Shown here one piece after another: positions 40,001 to 50,400 of a stretch of DNA of 64,000 nucleotides. Both the position numbers and the translations under genes were made by a program. The notes below the pieces were generated by a model. That model was not told the DNA's origin. It made no database searches and saw only the letters and a list, made by a program, of their open reading frames with translations. Each line of letters starts with the position of its first letter. Within the stretch, counting starts at the first letter, position 1. This DNA is from Staphylococcus phage PhiSepi-HH3, in the sequence record MT880872.1; one strand, written 5' to 3'.

Positions 40001-43000
40001 GAAATGGCCGGTAATAAAGAAGTAATGAAACAGAAAATTGAGTTAATCAAGCAAGAAATGGAGCTTGAAAGACAAAAGAATGCTATCAAACAAAAAGAAG
40101 AGCAAGACGCTTACATCAAAGAACAAGATAGCTTAGCTAAGAAAAACAGAGGTCAAAAATGGTATCAACTTGGTCAAACACCAGAGTTGAAACTTCAGGA
40201 ACAAGCACGTCCTACTACTGTTTCTGATAATAGTAACATTAACAAAATTAATGCCACTATCCAAAAAGTGAAGAGTCAAGCCCAAGCTGAAAAAGCATTA
40301 GAACAAGTTGATAAGCAACTTGCTCAATCTCAAACTAAGAATAGACAAAATGAAGTTCAGCACTTACAAAAAGTTAGACAAGCTTTACAAGATTATATTA
40401 CTAAAACTGGTCAAGCAAATCAGGCAACAAGAGCTGCGGTATTAACTGCACAGCAACAATTCACTAACCAGATAGCAACAATGAAAAAGCTTGGTACTAC
40501 TGGTCAACAAGTGATGACTACTATTTCTAACTCAGTTGCGAAAACAGCAAAGTCTGGTAAAGCTGCTCAAGCAACCTTCAAGTCGTTTGAAACCTCATTA
40601 GTTAAAAGCTCTTCATTCAAAAGCAAGATGGCTAGTTATGAAGCTTCTGTTAAGAAATTTAAAAATGCTGCTAACCAATCTGCTAAAATTGCTGCTCTTA
40701 AAGACGTAGAACGTGATTACTCTAAAGTTGCTAAAGGTATTATGCAAGCGGCAAAAGCGGCAAACATGAGTAAATCTCAAATGAAAGATTTGAAAAAATC
40801 TCTTCAACAAAATATACAAGCAGAAACAGGCTTTAGAGCTTCAGTAAGTAAAGCTGGTAAAGTTACTATTGATCAATCTAAGAAAATCAAACAGAATACT
40901 GCTGAAACAAGACGTAACTCAAGTGCTAAATTACAAAATGCTGACGCTTCAGACCAAGCTTCTGAAGAAAATAAAGAGTTAGCAGACTCAATGCGTGCTG
41001 GTATTGAAAGTTCTCAATTACTTGGAAAAGCGATGGGAGAATTACAATCTCAAGGAACACTTAGTACAGAAACTTTAATTGAATTAACTGAGAAGTATGG
41101 AGACGAAATTTTAGCTGTTGCTGGAGATCAGGAAGCTTTAAGTAACTTCATCATGCAAAAGCAAAATGAAGAAACTGATAACTACAACAAAAACCTTAAA
41201 ACTAAATTAGAAAACTCTTCATCATACTATAAGGCGGTAGCTGGAGCTGACTCTGCCCTATCCAACTACTTAATGGAAAACTATGGTATTGATACTAAAA
41301 ACTATAAGAGTTTAACAGAAGTCAAAGCTAAAATTACAGACCTTTACTACAATGGTTCAGCTGAAGAACAAGCTAAAGTAGTAGACGCTATCGCAAAAGC
41401 TTACCATATTGACTTATCTAACTATGGCTCTCTGAATGAGAAAAAAGAAGCATTAGAGAACCAATTGATGAAAATCTTAGGTAGTAAGTGGAAAAAATAT
41501 ATTGGTAGCGTAGCTAAGGATATGAAATCTCTTGGTGTTGACGCTGGTGAAGTTGGAGCAGATGGTTTTGATGACAGTAAAATGTTCAATCCGGGTGCTC
41601 TTATCGGTGCTAACAATTTCCAAAACGTTTCTAACCTAAGTAATATCAGTAATGTATTCAACTCACTTAATGGTGCATTTAATGAAGCTAAGAATGAAGC
41701 TGCTGGTGTTAGTAGAGGCTTAGATGACGCTGCTAGTGGCTTAAAAGATGTTGGTGACAGTGCTGGCTCAGCTGGTAGTGGTTTAGGTAAAACTGCTAAA
41801 GGCGCGGATAAAGCGTCTGACAGTTTAGATGGTACTAATAAAGAATTAGAAAAAACTAAAGAAAAAGCTGAAGAAGCTGGTGTCACAGTTAAACAACTTT
41901 ATAAGCAATTTACAGTTACTACTTATGTTGCTGATAAACTAAGTATGGCTTTAGATAAAATTAATAATAAGTTAGAGAAACAAAAACTTTTAACTGAAAA
42001 ATACGCAACTTGGTCAAGCAGTTATCGTAACTCACTTAAAGCAGAAAATAAATTGCTCGATGAAAAGACCGCTAAGATTAAAAAACAAATCGAGTCAATG
42101 AAAGAACAAATCGCTCAAGGTAAAGTTATTGAGTATGGTTTAGTTGGTAAAGATATTAATGTTCCTTACTATGAATATACTGCAAATAATTTAGATGATG
42201 GAGAAACTGGTCGTATTTCTCGATATACCGGTAATTCAACTCAAGCTAAGGTTTGGAATTTCTTTAAATCTAAAGGGTTATCTGATCATGCTGTTGCGGG
42301 TATCATGGGTAATATGGAACGTGAGTCTAGATTTAAACCGGGAGCTCAAGAACAAGGCGGTACTGGTATTGGTTTAGTACAACTTTCATTTGGGCGTGCA
42401 AATAATTTAAGAAATTATGCTGCTAGAAGAGGAAAAAGCTGGAAAGACTTAAATACTCAACTTGACTTCATTTGGAAAGAATTAAATACTACTGAAGTTA
42501 ATGCTTTACGAGGACTTAAATCAGCTACTTCAGTTATTGGTGCAGCAAACTCTTTCCAAAGATTATATGAACGTGCTGGTGTTGTAGCACAAGGAGAACG
42601 TAATGCGGCAGCTAAAAAGTATTACAGACAATTTAAAGGTACTAATGGTTCATCTGGCTTCCTAAGTGGTGGCGTGGTCGCTGGAACAAATGGTAAACCA
42701 CTTACTTCAGATAGAAACGCTTATATCTTAGATAGACAATTCGGACGATATAATGGTGGTGGTGTCCATCACGGAAGAGATATCACGAGTGCTACTATTA
42801 ACGGATCACCTATTAAAGCTGCACGTTCAGGTATAGTTACTTTTAAAGGATGGACTGGTGGTGGTAATACACTATCTATATTTGATGGTAAAAATACTTA
42901 TACATACATGCATATGAAGAACCCGGCAAGAGTGGTAAAAGGACAACGAGTTAAAGCTGGACAAATTGTTGGTAACGTTGGTACTACGCATGATAGAAGA

Positions 43001-43531
43001 TTAGGTGGCTTCTCTACTGGCCCTCACCTTCACGTACAAGTAAACTTAGGAAAAACTCCTTCTGGTACATTTATGAACACTTTCAATGGTGCTCATAGAG
43101 CAGTCGATCCTGTTAAATATGGATATACTAGAGTTTCTGGTGGCGGTAGTCTAAACTTAGGCTCGCTAACTTCTGGACATTCAGCGATGTCTGGTTCTAT
43201 CAGTGCTGCAATGGCTGAAGACTTAAATGAAGCTGAACAAGAGCGTTTAAACAAAATTGAACAAGCAATTAACGCACATAATAAAGCTGAAGAAATGAAG
43301 CAAAAAGTTGATGAGCTTAGAAAAACGTTAATGGATAAACAGCTTGAAGAAGTTCAAACTGCTAAAGAAAAAAGTGAAAATCTTTATAACATCCAAAAAT
43401 CTCACGTAGAAGAATATGATCATTGGAGAACATTACAAGAAGCACGATCTGCTAAATTAGAATACGAATTAAACAAAATCGAATTCGAAAAAGGTAGAAA
43501 TACTAAAGAATGGCGTAATAAAAATAAATAA
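37037..43531 (+). CDS. Tail tape measure protein with lysozyme-like (tail lysozyme, GIMGNMERES) and M23 peptidase (HHGRD..GPHLHVQV) domains
   Basis: 2164 aa, coiled-coil-rich, with a hydrophobic central segment and a GTG start with RBS. Confidence 0.9.
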   Translation: MASDFNIGILSTLEIDSSSSRKKINDTLKNIEANINSIKADLEVSDTKKSENNAIKSANNVIRNINSNGNLKKLNVELDVNLTKSRQNIQRALSTLSKDFKNKKIDIEVNAKANKNSIGQVKNSISKGASQPLEIKESPSSRSTSRDIKEQQSLMTGLANSYKNLDDLTRALNTSTFEGLRKTVKEIKNADNSLKSYQVTLERVNQEGKKLGSQRFDYTPSANGLKLNKTQLTDQTDKARKEENAAINKLLENEVSKYDRLLNKGKIDIKQHQTLLQTLRQITNEKSKANQFNRTDFNRVAKAAADEAKEYQYQNDMLRKKLALTSQIERIENRMAATIDKQQTNALKNQLNSLGNNRTPFGKEAAFHMNQIQDKVRQISAEAERATRTQLSFVDQFREAMTKFPVWMGATTLFFGAINGAKEMLDVITEIDGKMITLAKVTGDDNALQQTFIDANNAASQFGQTLGSVLDVYAEFARQGVKGNELSQFSNAALIAANVGEIDAKQASEYLTSMSAQWETTGNQAMRQVDSLNEVSNKYATTVEKLAQGQAKAGSTAKSMGLTFDETNGIIGALTAKTKQSGDEIGNFMKATLPKLYSGKGKSTIEGLGISMKDENGQLKSAISLLEEVSQKTKNLEKDQKAAVINGLGGTYHYQRMQVLLDDLSKTDGLYKQIKESSESSAGSALQENAKYMESIEAKVNQAKTAFEQFALAVGETFAKSGMLDGIRMVTQLLTGLTHGITELGTTAPIFGMVGGAASLMSKNVRSGFEGARSSVANYITEVNKLAKVNNAAGQVVGLQKVQTGTASQLQFNKNGEYDKAASQAKAAEQATYQFSKAQKDVSASAMIASGAINKTTVATTASTVATRAATLAVNGLKLAFRGLLAATGVGLAITGVSFVLEKVVGSFNAASQAAEQYKQKQEQTKQAIASMSNGEINSLISSYDKLQQKMNSGSAFNTAEAEKYKEVTSQLANIFPDLVTGENRYGKEMAGNKEVMKQKIELIKQEMELERQKNAIKQKEEQDAYIKEQDSLAKKNRGQKWYQLGQTPELKLQEQARPTTVSDNSNINKINATIQKVKSQAQAEKALEQVDKQLAQSQTKNRQNEVQHLQKVRQALQDYITKTGQANQATRAAVLTAQQQFTNQIATMKKLGTTGQQVMTTISNSVAKTAKSGKAAQATFKSFETSLVKSSSFKSKMASYEASVKKFKNAANQSAKIAALKDVERDYSKVAKGIMQAAKAANMSKSQMKDLKKSLQQNIQAETGFRASVSKAGKVTIDQSKKIKQNTAETRRNSSAKLQNADASDQASEENKELADSMRAGIESSQLLGKAMGELQSQGTLSTETLIELTEKYGDEILAVAGDQEALSNFIMQKQNEETDNYNKNLKTKLENSSSYYKAVAGADSALSNYLMENYGIDTKNYKSLTEVKAKITDLYYNGSAEEQAKVVDAIAKAYHIDLSNYGSLNEKKEALENQLMKILGSKWKKYIGSVAKDMKSLGVDAGEVGADGFDDSKMFNPGALIGANNFQNVSNLSNISNVFNSLNGAFNEAKNEAAGVSRGLDDAASGLKDVGDSAGSAGSGLGKTAKGADKASDSLDGTNKELEKTKEKAEEAGVTVKQLYKQFTVTTYVADKLSMALDKINNKLEKQKLLTEKYATWSSSYRNSLKAENKLLDEKTAKIKKQIESMKEQIAQGKVIEYGLVGKDINVPYYEYTANNLDDGETGRISRYTGNSTQAKVWNFFKSKGLSDHAVAGIMGNMERESRFKPGAQEQGGTGIGLVQLSFGRANNLRNYAARRGKSWKDLNTQLDFIWKELNTTEVNALRGLKSATSVIGAANSFQRLYERAGVVAQGERNAAAKKYYRQFKGTNGSSGFLSGGVVAGTNGKPLTSDRNAYILDRQFGRYNGGGVHHGRDITSATINGSPIKAARSGIVTFKGWTGGGNTLSIFDGKNTYTYMHMKNPARVVKGQRVKAGQIVGNVGTTHDRRLGGFSTGPHLHVQVNLGKTPSGTFMNTFNGAHRAVDPVKYGYTRVSGGGSLNLGSLTSGHSAMSGSISAAMAEDLNEAEQERLNKIEQAINAHNKAEEMKQKVDELRKTLMDKQLEEVQTAKEKSENLYNIQKSHVEEYDHWRTLQEARSAKLEYELNKIEFEKGRNTKEWRNKNK

Positions 43532-43597
43532 CTTCAAGCTTCTAGACAACTTGAAGTTAATTTCGAAGACTCAAAAATACAATATATTAATAAAGCA

Positions 43598-45310
43598 TTG
43601 AAGAAGAATGCAAATAAAATATTTGGTAAAAATACAGTAAATCGTGATGAGTTTGAAACAATGAAGCGAGACGCTCAACAAAATATAAGAGATTTAAAAG
43701 CTGGTATTCAAACTGCTTCTGGTGAAATTGCTACTTCAATGATTGATCAAATTCTTGATGAATATGAAGACCGTGTAGGTAAAGTTTCAGCTAAAATTGA
43801 AAAGATGGGTAAACAAAAAGAAAAACTTGATTTAGCCGATAATAAACAGGCTTTGAAAAGTTCATCCCTAAGTAGACAACAAGCTAAAGACTCTAAGTCA
43901 CTAGCTAGTTACATTAATTTCTATATCAAACAATTAGAACGCCAGTTAAAATTAACGGGTAAAAACCATGAATTACAACAAAAAGTAAAAGAACAAATTA
44001 AAGAAATGAAAGTTGCTTATGATGACGCTACCCTAGCCGCTCATCAATATATTACTGAAGCTGCTGAAGTTGATACAGAAAGACAACTTCAATTAAACGC
44101 TAATCGTTTAAGAGACGCACAAAACGAGTTGTCTAAAGCTGATTATAAAGCTGGTTTCATTTCACAAGAATATCAAATTGACCTATACCGAAAAAATCAA
44201 GAAGCTAAGTTCAAAGGTTACTTAAAAGAAAAAGAAGCACTTGAACAAAATAAATCAGAACTTCAAGACATGTATGAGATTTATAAATCTGTCCCTACTC
44301 AAGCTCAAAAAATCAAAGAAGCTCTAATTGAAACCAAAAATGCTATTAGAGATAATAATAAAGGTCTCTATGATTTGAAATATGATATGGCTAACAGTGT
44401 TATAAATCAAATTAAGGATATCTATTCAAAACAACTAGAGGTTGCCACGAAAGCGTATGATGATGAATACAAAGCATACGAAAAAATGATCAACAAAAAG
44501 CTTAAACTTATTGATGATGAACAAACTCAAGAGTCATTCAATAAAGATGTCCGTGATAGAACTGAAGCAATGGATAAAATTAGAGATGAAATTGCTCAAA
44601 GAAGTGGTGACGATAGTTTAGCTAACCAAAAGAAACTTAAAGATTTAAGAGAACAATTAAAACAACAAGAAGAAGACTATACGATGTTCATTAACAATAA
44701 AAATCGTGATGACAGAAGAAAAGCTTTACAAGATGAGCTAAACGATAAAAACGAACAAATACAAGAACAAAAAGAAGATTTAAATAAAGCTTTCCAAGAC
44801 TTAATTGGTGATACACGAAGATTTAATGCGATCCAAGAGTCACTTATGGAAGGTCAAATTGATAAATATAAATCTCTAATTGCTGACTTAACTAAATACG
44901 TCAACGATAATATGAAAGAAATTGGACGTTCTACTAGTGAAGGAATATTAGATGGTCTTGCTGCTTCATTTAAAGGTTTGTCTTCTTTATCTAAAGAACT
45001 TCAGAAACAAGAAAAAAATAATTTGAACCCAGTACCTAATTCAAAATTAAAACCTACTAAGGTTGATGAAGCTACAATCGCTGCCATTAAGAAAGTTAAT
45101 GGTTTATCCCCTACTACTATACTTCAAGGTTTAGATATCAAACCTGTTAACCTTCCTAAAGATGTAAAACCAAGTAAAACAGTTACTAACAATAATAAAA
45201 CGACTGCTAAAGCATTAGTTAACATTGAAAACTTCAACGGTACAAAAGCTGAAGCAGATAAATTAGCTAATAACTTAGCAACTGCCATGAGAAAACAAGG
45301 CGTATTATAA
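43598..45310 (+). CDS. Coiled-coil tail-associated protein (570 aa); start uncertain (TTG with no clear RBS)
   Basis: ORF from the track. A hairpin cttcaag..cttgaag precedes it. Confidence 0.4.
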   Translation: MKKNANKIFGKNTVNRDEFETMKRDAQQNIRDLKAGIQTASGEIATSMIDQILDEYEDRVGKVSAKIEKMGKQKEKLDLADNKQALKSSSLSRQQAKDSKSLASYINFYIKQLERQLKLTGKNHELQQKVKEQIKEMKVAYDDATLAAHQYITEAAEVDTERQLQLNANRLRDAQNELSKADYKAGFISQEYQIDLYRKNQEAKFKGYLKEKEALEQNKSELQDMYEIYKSVPTQAQKIKEALIETKNAIRDNNKGLYDLKYDMANSVINQIKDIYSKQLEVATKAYDDEYKAYEKMINKKLKLIDDEQTQESFNKDVRDRTEAMDKIRDEIAQRSGDDSLANQKKLKDLREQLKQQEEDYTMFINNKNRDDRRKALQDELNDKNEQIQEQKEDLNKAFQDLIGDTRRFNAIQESLMEGQIDKYKSLIADLTKYVNDNMKEIGRSTSEGILDGLAASFKGLSSLSKELQKQEKNNLNPVPNSKLKPTKVDEATIAAIKKVNGLSPTTILQGLDIKPVNLPKDVKPSKTVTNNNKTTAKALVNIENFNGTKAEADKLANNLATAMRKQGVL

Positions 45311-45331
45311 GATTGTGAGGAGATGAGATAA

Positions 45332-47413
45332 GTGCCAGATATATTCTCAATGGAATATACAGAGCTGAGAAATGCTCCCCACTTTATTTTTAACGGTTAT
45401 CATACTCGTGATTTCAATGTAAAAAATGTACAAGTAGACAACGGTTTAGCAAGCGACACGTTCCTTGCTGACCGTACGCCTACTATTGAAAAAACAAGGT
45501 TCAGTGAGAAGACTTATTTACTAGGTTATACTGAAGAACCGCTTAAATTTAAAGTTAGATTATTATTTGATGAACATAAATTCACATTGAATAATATTAT
45601 GACGTTAAGACGAATGATTGACACTGCTGGCTTTAAAGAATTTAGATTTGACAATGAAGAAGAGTCTGCATTAAATATTGTAGTTTATGCAATGATTACT
45701 GGAGCTTCTAATTTAACTCATAATGTAATCAATGATGGTTATGTTGACTTAGAATTCCAAACTAATAGTCCAAGAAGATATTCTGAAATCATGATTGATG
45801 AATATGACTTTAGTCGATCAGGTTCAGACAGATTAATTACTGAATTCAAAAGCGAATTAAATAGTATTGTTCAATTAGAAGAAACTTTCTCTCATGAAAT
45901 TAAGCAATACACTGCTAGAACAAACTATGCAAATATTGAAGAATTTTTTGAAGATAAGAATAAAGATAGTATTCCAGATGGTTGGAAAATTATCTCTGGT
46001 AATAAAAGTGGAATTGTTCTAAATAAAGACAAAAGTTTATCATTAACTAATGTAAAACTTAGAAAACGTTTCTACCCTATTAATAACAGAAATTACTACA
46101 TTAGATTTCATGGTAATGGTGGAAAGTTTAGAATTCATGAAGATACTTATAAAATCACAGATGGTTTAGTCCATGAATTTAAATATAGAAGAAACCTTTT
46201 AGGCCATAGTGGTACTTTTGATTTAGATAGTTCTAGTGATGGAATTGGTGAAGGTTGGACTCAAAAAGGAGATAATGGTGCTTTTACTATTAATAAAGTA
46301 AGTGAGTTTCAGCAAATTACTGATGGTGGTATTTTAACCTCTCCTATTTCCATTCAAAAAATGCAAAAATATGTAGTGATTGCAGATGATTTAAATAAAA
46401 ATTCTACTATCAAAGTTGGTAAAAACACAGTAACCAATACTACTTCACTACTCACAAAGATGAAGTTTATTGGTAGCTTGTCAGATCATGATATTACTAT
46501 CAGTGCAGCCACTCCAACTGATAAAGCAATGTTATCACATATTCGAGTATTTGCAGTTACAGACGATGAATATGCAGAATTCGATACATTGACTGACCAG
46601 CAAATTAAAAATAAATACCCACATACTGACGCTCACGACTATTTCGAATTAGATTTTCTAGATACAGCTGGAAAAATTAATTATATAGATATGTGGGAAT
46701 TAAGTGATGTTAATAAAAAGAAATTAGATAAAGGAACTAAAATAGAAGATATTATTTATACACCTTATAAGAAATATCTAGCATTCCTTAATAAATACAA
46801 AGCTAATTTCACTCGAATGAAGGTTGAATTACTTGATAACTTCGCTAAAGTAAGCGGAGATCCAACAATTAACTTCAGACCACTTCGGGATAAAACAACG
46901 ATTTTATTGCAAAAATTCAATCTACTTTTACAGAGTTTATCATTCGGTGACAATATGAAAAAGTATCAGTGGGCTGACTTACAACCATATTATCACCAAG
47001 TTTTATCAATCAAAGAGGAAACTGCGAAGCTTTTACCAGATTTGATCAGTTTCGTTAAACTGAATTCGAATAAGATTGATTTAATTTCAAACTTAGCTAA
47101 CAGTAAAATTACAGTTTATAACTTTGGTGATAAACCTGTTTACCCTACTTTTACATTTGAGTCAACAAATGGCTCAGATATATTAGTAAGAAACTTAGAC
47201 ACCAATCAACAAACAATCATCAGTGATAATCTTGCTGGTGAGACAATCACTATGATTGGTGCAAGCGAACAAATTTATTCTTCTCGACCAGCTCCATATT
47301 TTAAATATGACGCACATGATGATAATTTTATCAGATTGGGTGTTGGAAGTAACGATTTAGAATTCGCTGGCAATTTTAAACTGAAAATTAAATATCAATT
47401 TGTATTACTATAA
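45332..47413 (+). CDS. Distal tail protein (Dit) with a long C-terminal extension
   Basis: The N-terminus MPDIFSMEYTELRNAPHFIFNGYHTRDFNVKNVQV is Dit-like. Position is TMP-Dit-Tal. GTG start with RBS GAGGAG. Confidence 0.65.
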   Translation: MPDIFSMEYTELRNAPHFIFNGYHTRDFNVKNVQVDNGLASDTFLADRTPTIEKTRFSEKTYLLGYTEEPLKFKVRLLFDEHKFTLNNIMTLRRMIDTAGFKEFRFDNEEESALNIVVYAMITGASNLTHNVINDGYVDLEFQTNSPRRYSEIMIDEYDFSRSGSDRLITEFKSELNSIVQLEETFSHEIKQYTARTNYANIEEFFEDKNKDSIPDGWKIISGNKSGIVLNKDKSLSLTNVKLRKRFYPINNRNYYIRFHGNGGKFRIHEDTYKITDGLVHEFKYRRNLLGHSGTFDLDSSSDGIGEGWTQKGDNGAFTINKVSEFQQITDGGILTSPISIQKMQKYVVIADDLNKNSTIKVGKNTVTNTTSLLTKMKFIGSLSDHDITISAATPTDKAMLSHIRVFAVTDDEYAEFDTLTDQQIKNKYPHTDAHDYFELDFLDTAGKINYIDMWELSDVNKKKLDKGTKIEDIIYTPYKKYLAFLNKYKANFTRMKVELLDNFAKVSGDPTINFRPLRDKTTILLQKFNLLLQSLSFGDNMKKYQWADLQPYYHQVLSIKEETAKLLPDLISFVKLNSNKIDLISNLANSKITVYNFGDKPVYPTFTFESTNGSDILVRNLDTNQQTIISDNLAGETITMIGASEQIYSSRPAPYFKYDAHDDNFIRLGVGSNDLEFAGNFKLKIKYQFVLL

Positions 47414-47415
47414 AG

Positions 47416-47445
47416 AGTCACTTTTGTGGCTCTTTTATATTTGAG
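47416..47445 (+). terminator. Hairpin agagtcac-tttt-gtggctct followed by tttatattt
   Basis: One mismatch in the stem. Confidence 0.4.
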
Positions 47446-47473
47446 TTTTTTAAGAATATAAGGAGGAAACAAA

Positions 47474-50400
47474 ATGACTTTAAATAACCATTTTGCATAT
47501 ACATTTGAGGAGAGACCTACCCCAAAATTATGGCTTTGTAAACCAGATGGAACTAGAATTGAAAGAATTGCAGATTTTTCAAAACTTGGTGGAACATTCA
47601 AATTCACTAATGTGAACACTTTACATTTTGATTTGCCATTGCAAGTATTTAGTGAAGATACTAAGCAAATTGAAAGAAATAAAGTAGTTGATTTAGTAAA
47701 AAATAAATACTTAATTGATTATAGATATAACGGATATAGAGATATCTTTGTAATTGATGATATTAAAAAATCTGCTAATGACTCTGATTTTATTACATTA
47801 AATTTAGACTCAAGAGCGTCTGAATTAAATAAGAAAGCTGCAAATGAAATTGAATTATTAGGTTCTACTATCCCTCAAATGATGAACAAAATCTTATCAG
47901 TTTATGCTCCACTATGGAAACTTGGACATGTTGATGGAAAAATTATTGATGTTAAACGTGAGTTAACTGGTTCTAATACAACTGTTAACGCTCTTATTGA
48001 TAATATTTGTTCTCTTTTTGACGCAGTTGCTATTTATAACAACATTAATAGAACAATAAGCTTCTATCATAAAGACAATGTTGGTACTAATCGTGGTTTA
48101 AGAGTTAGGGAAAATAGTTATTTAAAATCATTTGAAGATCAATTTGTATCAAAGGATATCGTTACTAGATTATATCCATTTGGTCAAAGTGGTTTAACAA
48201 TTCAAAGTGTTAACCCAGCTGGCTCTTCTTATATTGAAGACTTCTCTTATTTCATGTCACCATTCAAACGTGATAATAACAGAAATGTATTACAACATAG
48301 TGATTATATGTCTGATGAATTATGTCACGCTTTGTTAGATTATCAAGAGTTTTATGCTAGTAAGAAGGATCAAGCTGGTGAATTATCTAAACAATATAGT
48401 GCAATTCTTAAAGAGCATTCACAAGAAGACTTCAGATTAAATCAATTAAGTGCTACACTTCAACGACTAAATGAGCGTGTTGAATTAGTTAAACCTAAAT
48501 CAGAATATATTGACTTAGGAACAAAGGTTAAGAATTTCAAAATCACTGTACCTAAATCATCATATTATTTAATCATGATTAGAAATGATGGTAGTTTCAC
48601 TAGAATTAAATTCAATAATAAACAGTATGATATTCCAAGTGGTGAGTGGTTGTATATCAAACTTAAAACTGGTAAGTTTAATGACGCTACTAAGTTTGAG
48701 AAACAATTAGAATACCCTCTTGAAATATTAAGTGCAAACGCTAATTTAAGAGTGGTATATACTCGTTCTTCTGAAGGAGATTATGAAGAAGAAGATACTA
48801 AGACAATCGAAGAAAAATACAACTTAGAAAAATATAAAATTTTAGTAAAAGATCAAGAAAAAGTAGTCGCTTCAATCGAAAGACGATTAAAAGCTTTTGA
48901 AGACCAAAAAGCAAGTGTAATACGTTCAATGAATGCAAAGAATTTCTTATCTGAAAAACTTTATAATGAACGTGAGTTATATGTTTTTGAGTCTGTTTGG
49001 ACGGAAGAAAATCATACAGACGCTCAAGAATTATATGATGACGCTGTAAAACAAATGAAGGAACAAAAGAAAATCAATAGAACGATTACAGTTGATTTAG
49101 TTAACTTCATTCAATCGCTTGACCATAAAGATGATTGGGATAAATTAAATGTTGGAGATAAAGTTGTTTTCCAAAACAAAATCTTCAATACTAAAATCAA
49201 AGCCTATATCACTGAAATGCAATTAGATTTCCAAACTAATCAAGTAAAAATTACTATTAGTGATATTTTTGATTACAAAGATTTAGACACAATCATCGCT
49301 GAAAAATTAGCCCAAACTACCTCTACTTCTTCTCAAGTTGATTTCCATAAACAACAAATTAGAGAGCAAACCGGAAGAATTACAGATATGACTCGTCTTA
49401 TCGAAGGTGAGTGGGACGCAAATAAAAAGCGTGTGATGGCTGGTAATGAAACAGTTGATATTGGTTCACATGGTGTTAAAGTCATTTCAAAAGAGAACCC
49501 TAACGAATTCGTAATCATGGTTGGTGGCGTAATTGCTATGACTCGTGATAACGGTGAAACATTTAAAACTGGTATTACACCAGAAGGTATCAATGCTGAA
49601 ATGCTTATCGGTAAGATGATCGTTGGTGAAACTTTAACTTTTGAAAATGAGTCTGGTACAGTTAAATTCGACAAAGATGGACTTTATGTTAACTCTAAAA
49701 ACTTCCATTTAGTTTCAAATGATGGAGAAGAAGACTACTTCGATAAATTAAAACGTGAAATGTCTGAAAACGCTAAACAACAAACAGACAGAATGTTAGA
49801 AGAGTATAAAAAAGAAGTTTCACAAACTATTTCTGAAGCTACTGACGTTAGAAACATTGTTGATAATGCAGCAGATATTCTTCAAGCAGCTTTTGCTGAT
49901 GGAGTTATCACAGATGTTGAAAAACGTTTGATTTCTGAAACTCTTGCTCAACTTGAAAAAGAAAATAGAGAATTCGAAGATAAAATTAACTTAGCTTTAA
50001 ACCACCCTTACATCACTGAGGAAGATACTATTGAGTTAAATAATTCTATCGTTGAATATAGCTCAATGTATGAAACACTTGTTATTTCTATTAATGAAAG
50101 TGTTAGTGACAAGATGATCACACCTCAAGAGTCTGAAGAAATTAATCAAAATATTATAAACTTCAGAGAAGAGATCAAAGACATCTTATCATTAGTAGAA
50201 GAAATTATTGAACGAACTAAAAATGCTCAACTACAAGCTACTTTAGAAGAAGCAAAAGATTATACAACAAGAGTTCGTGACGATATTAAAGATGAATTAA
50301 AAGACTTAAATAATTCATTTAAATCTTTAAATAGTACAGTTGAAGAGTCATTACAAGATAATATTTTTGACGCTGCTGAATTAGAAGCTATTAAAACAGT

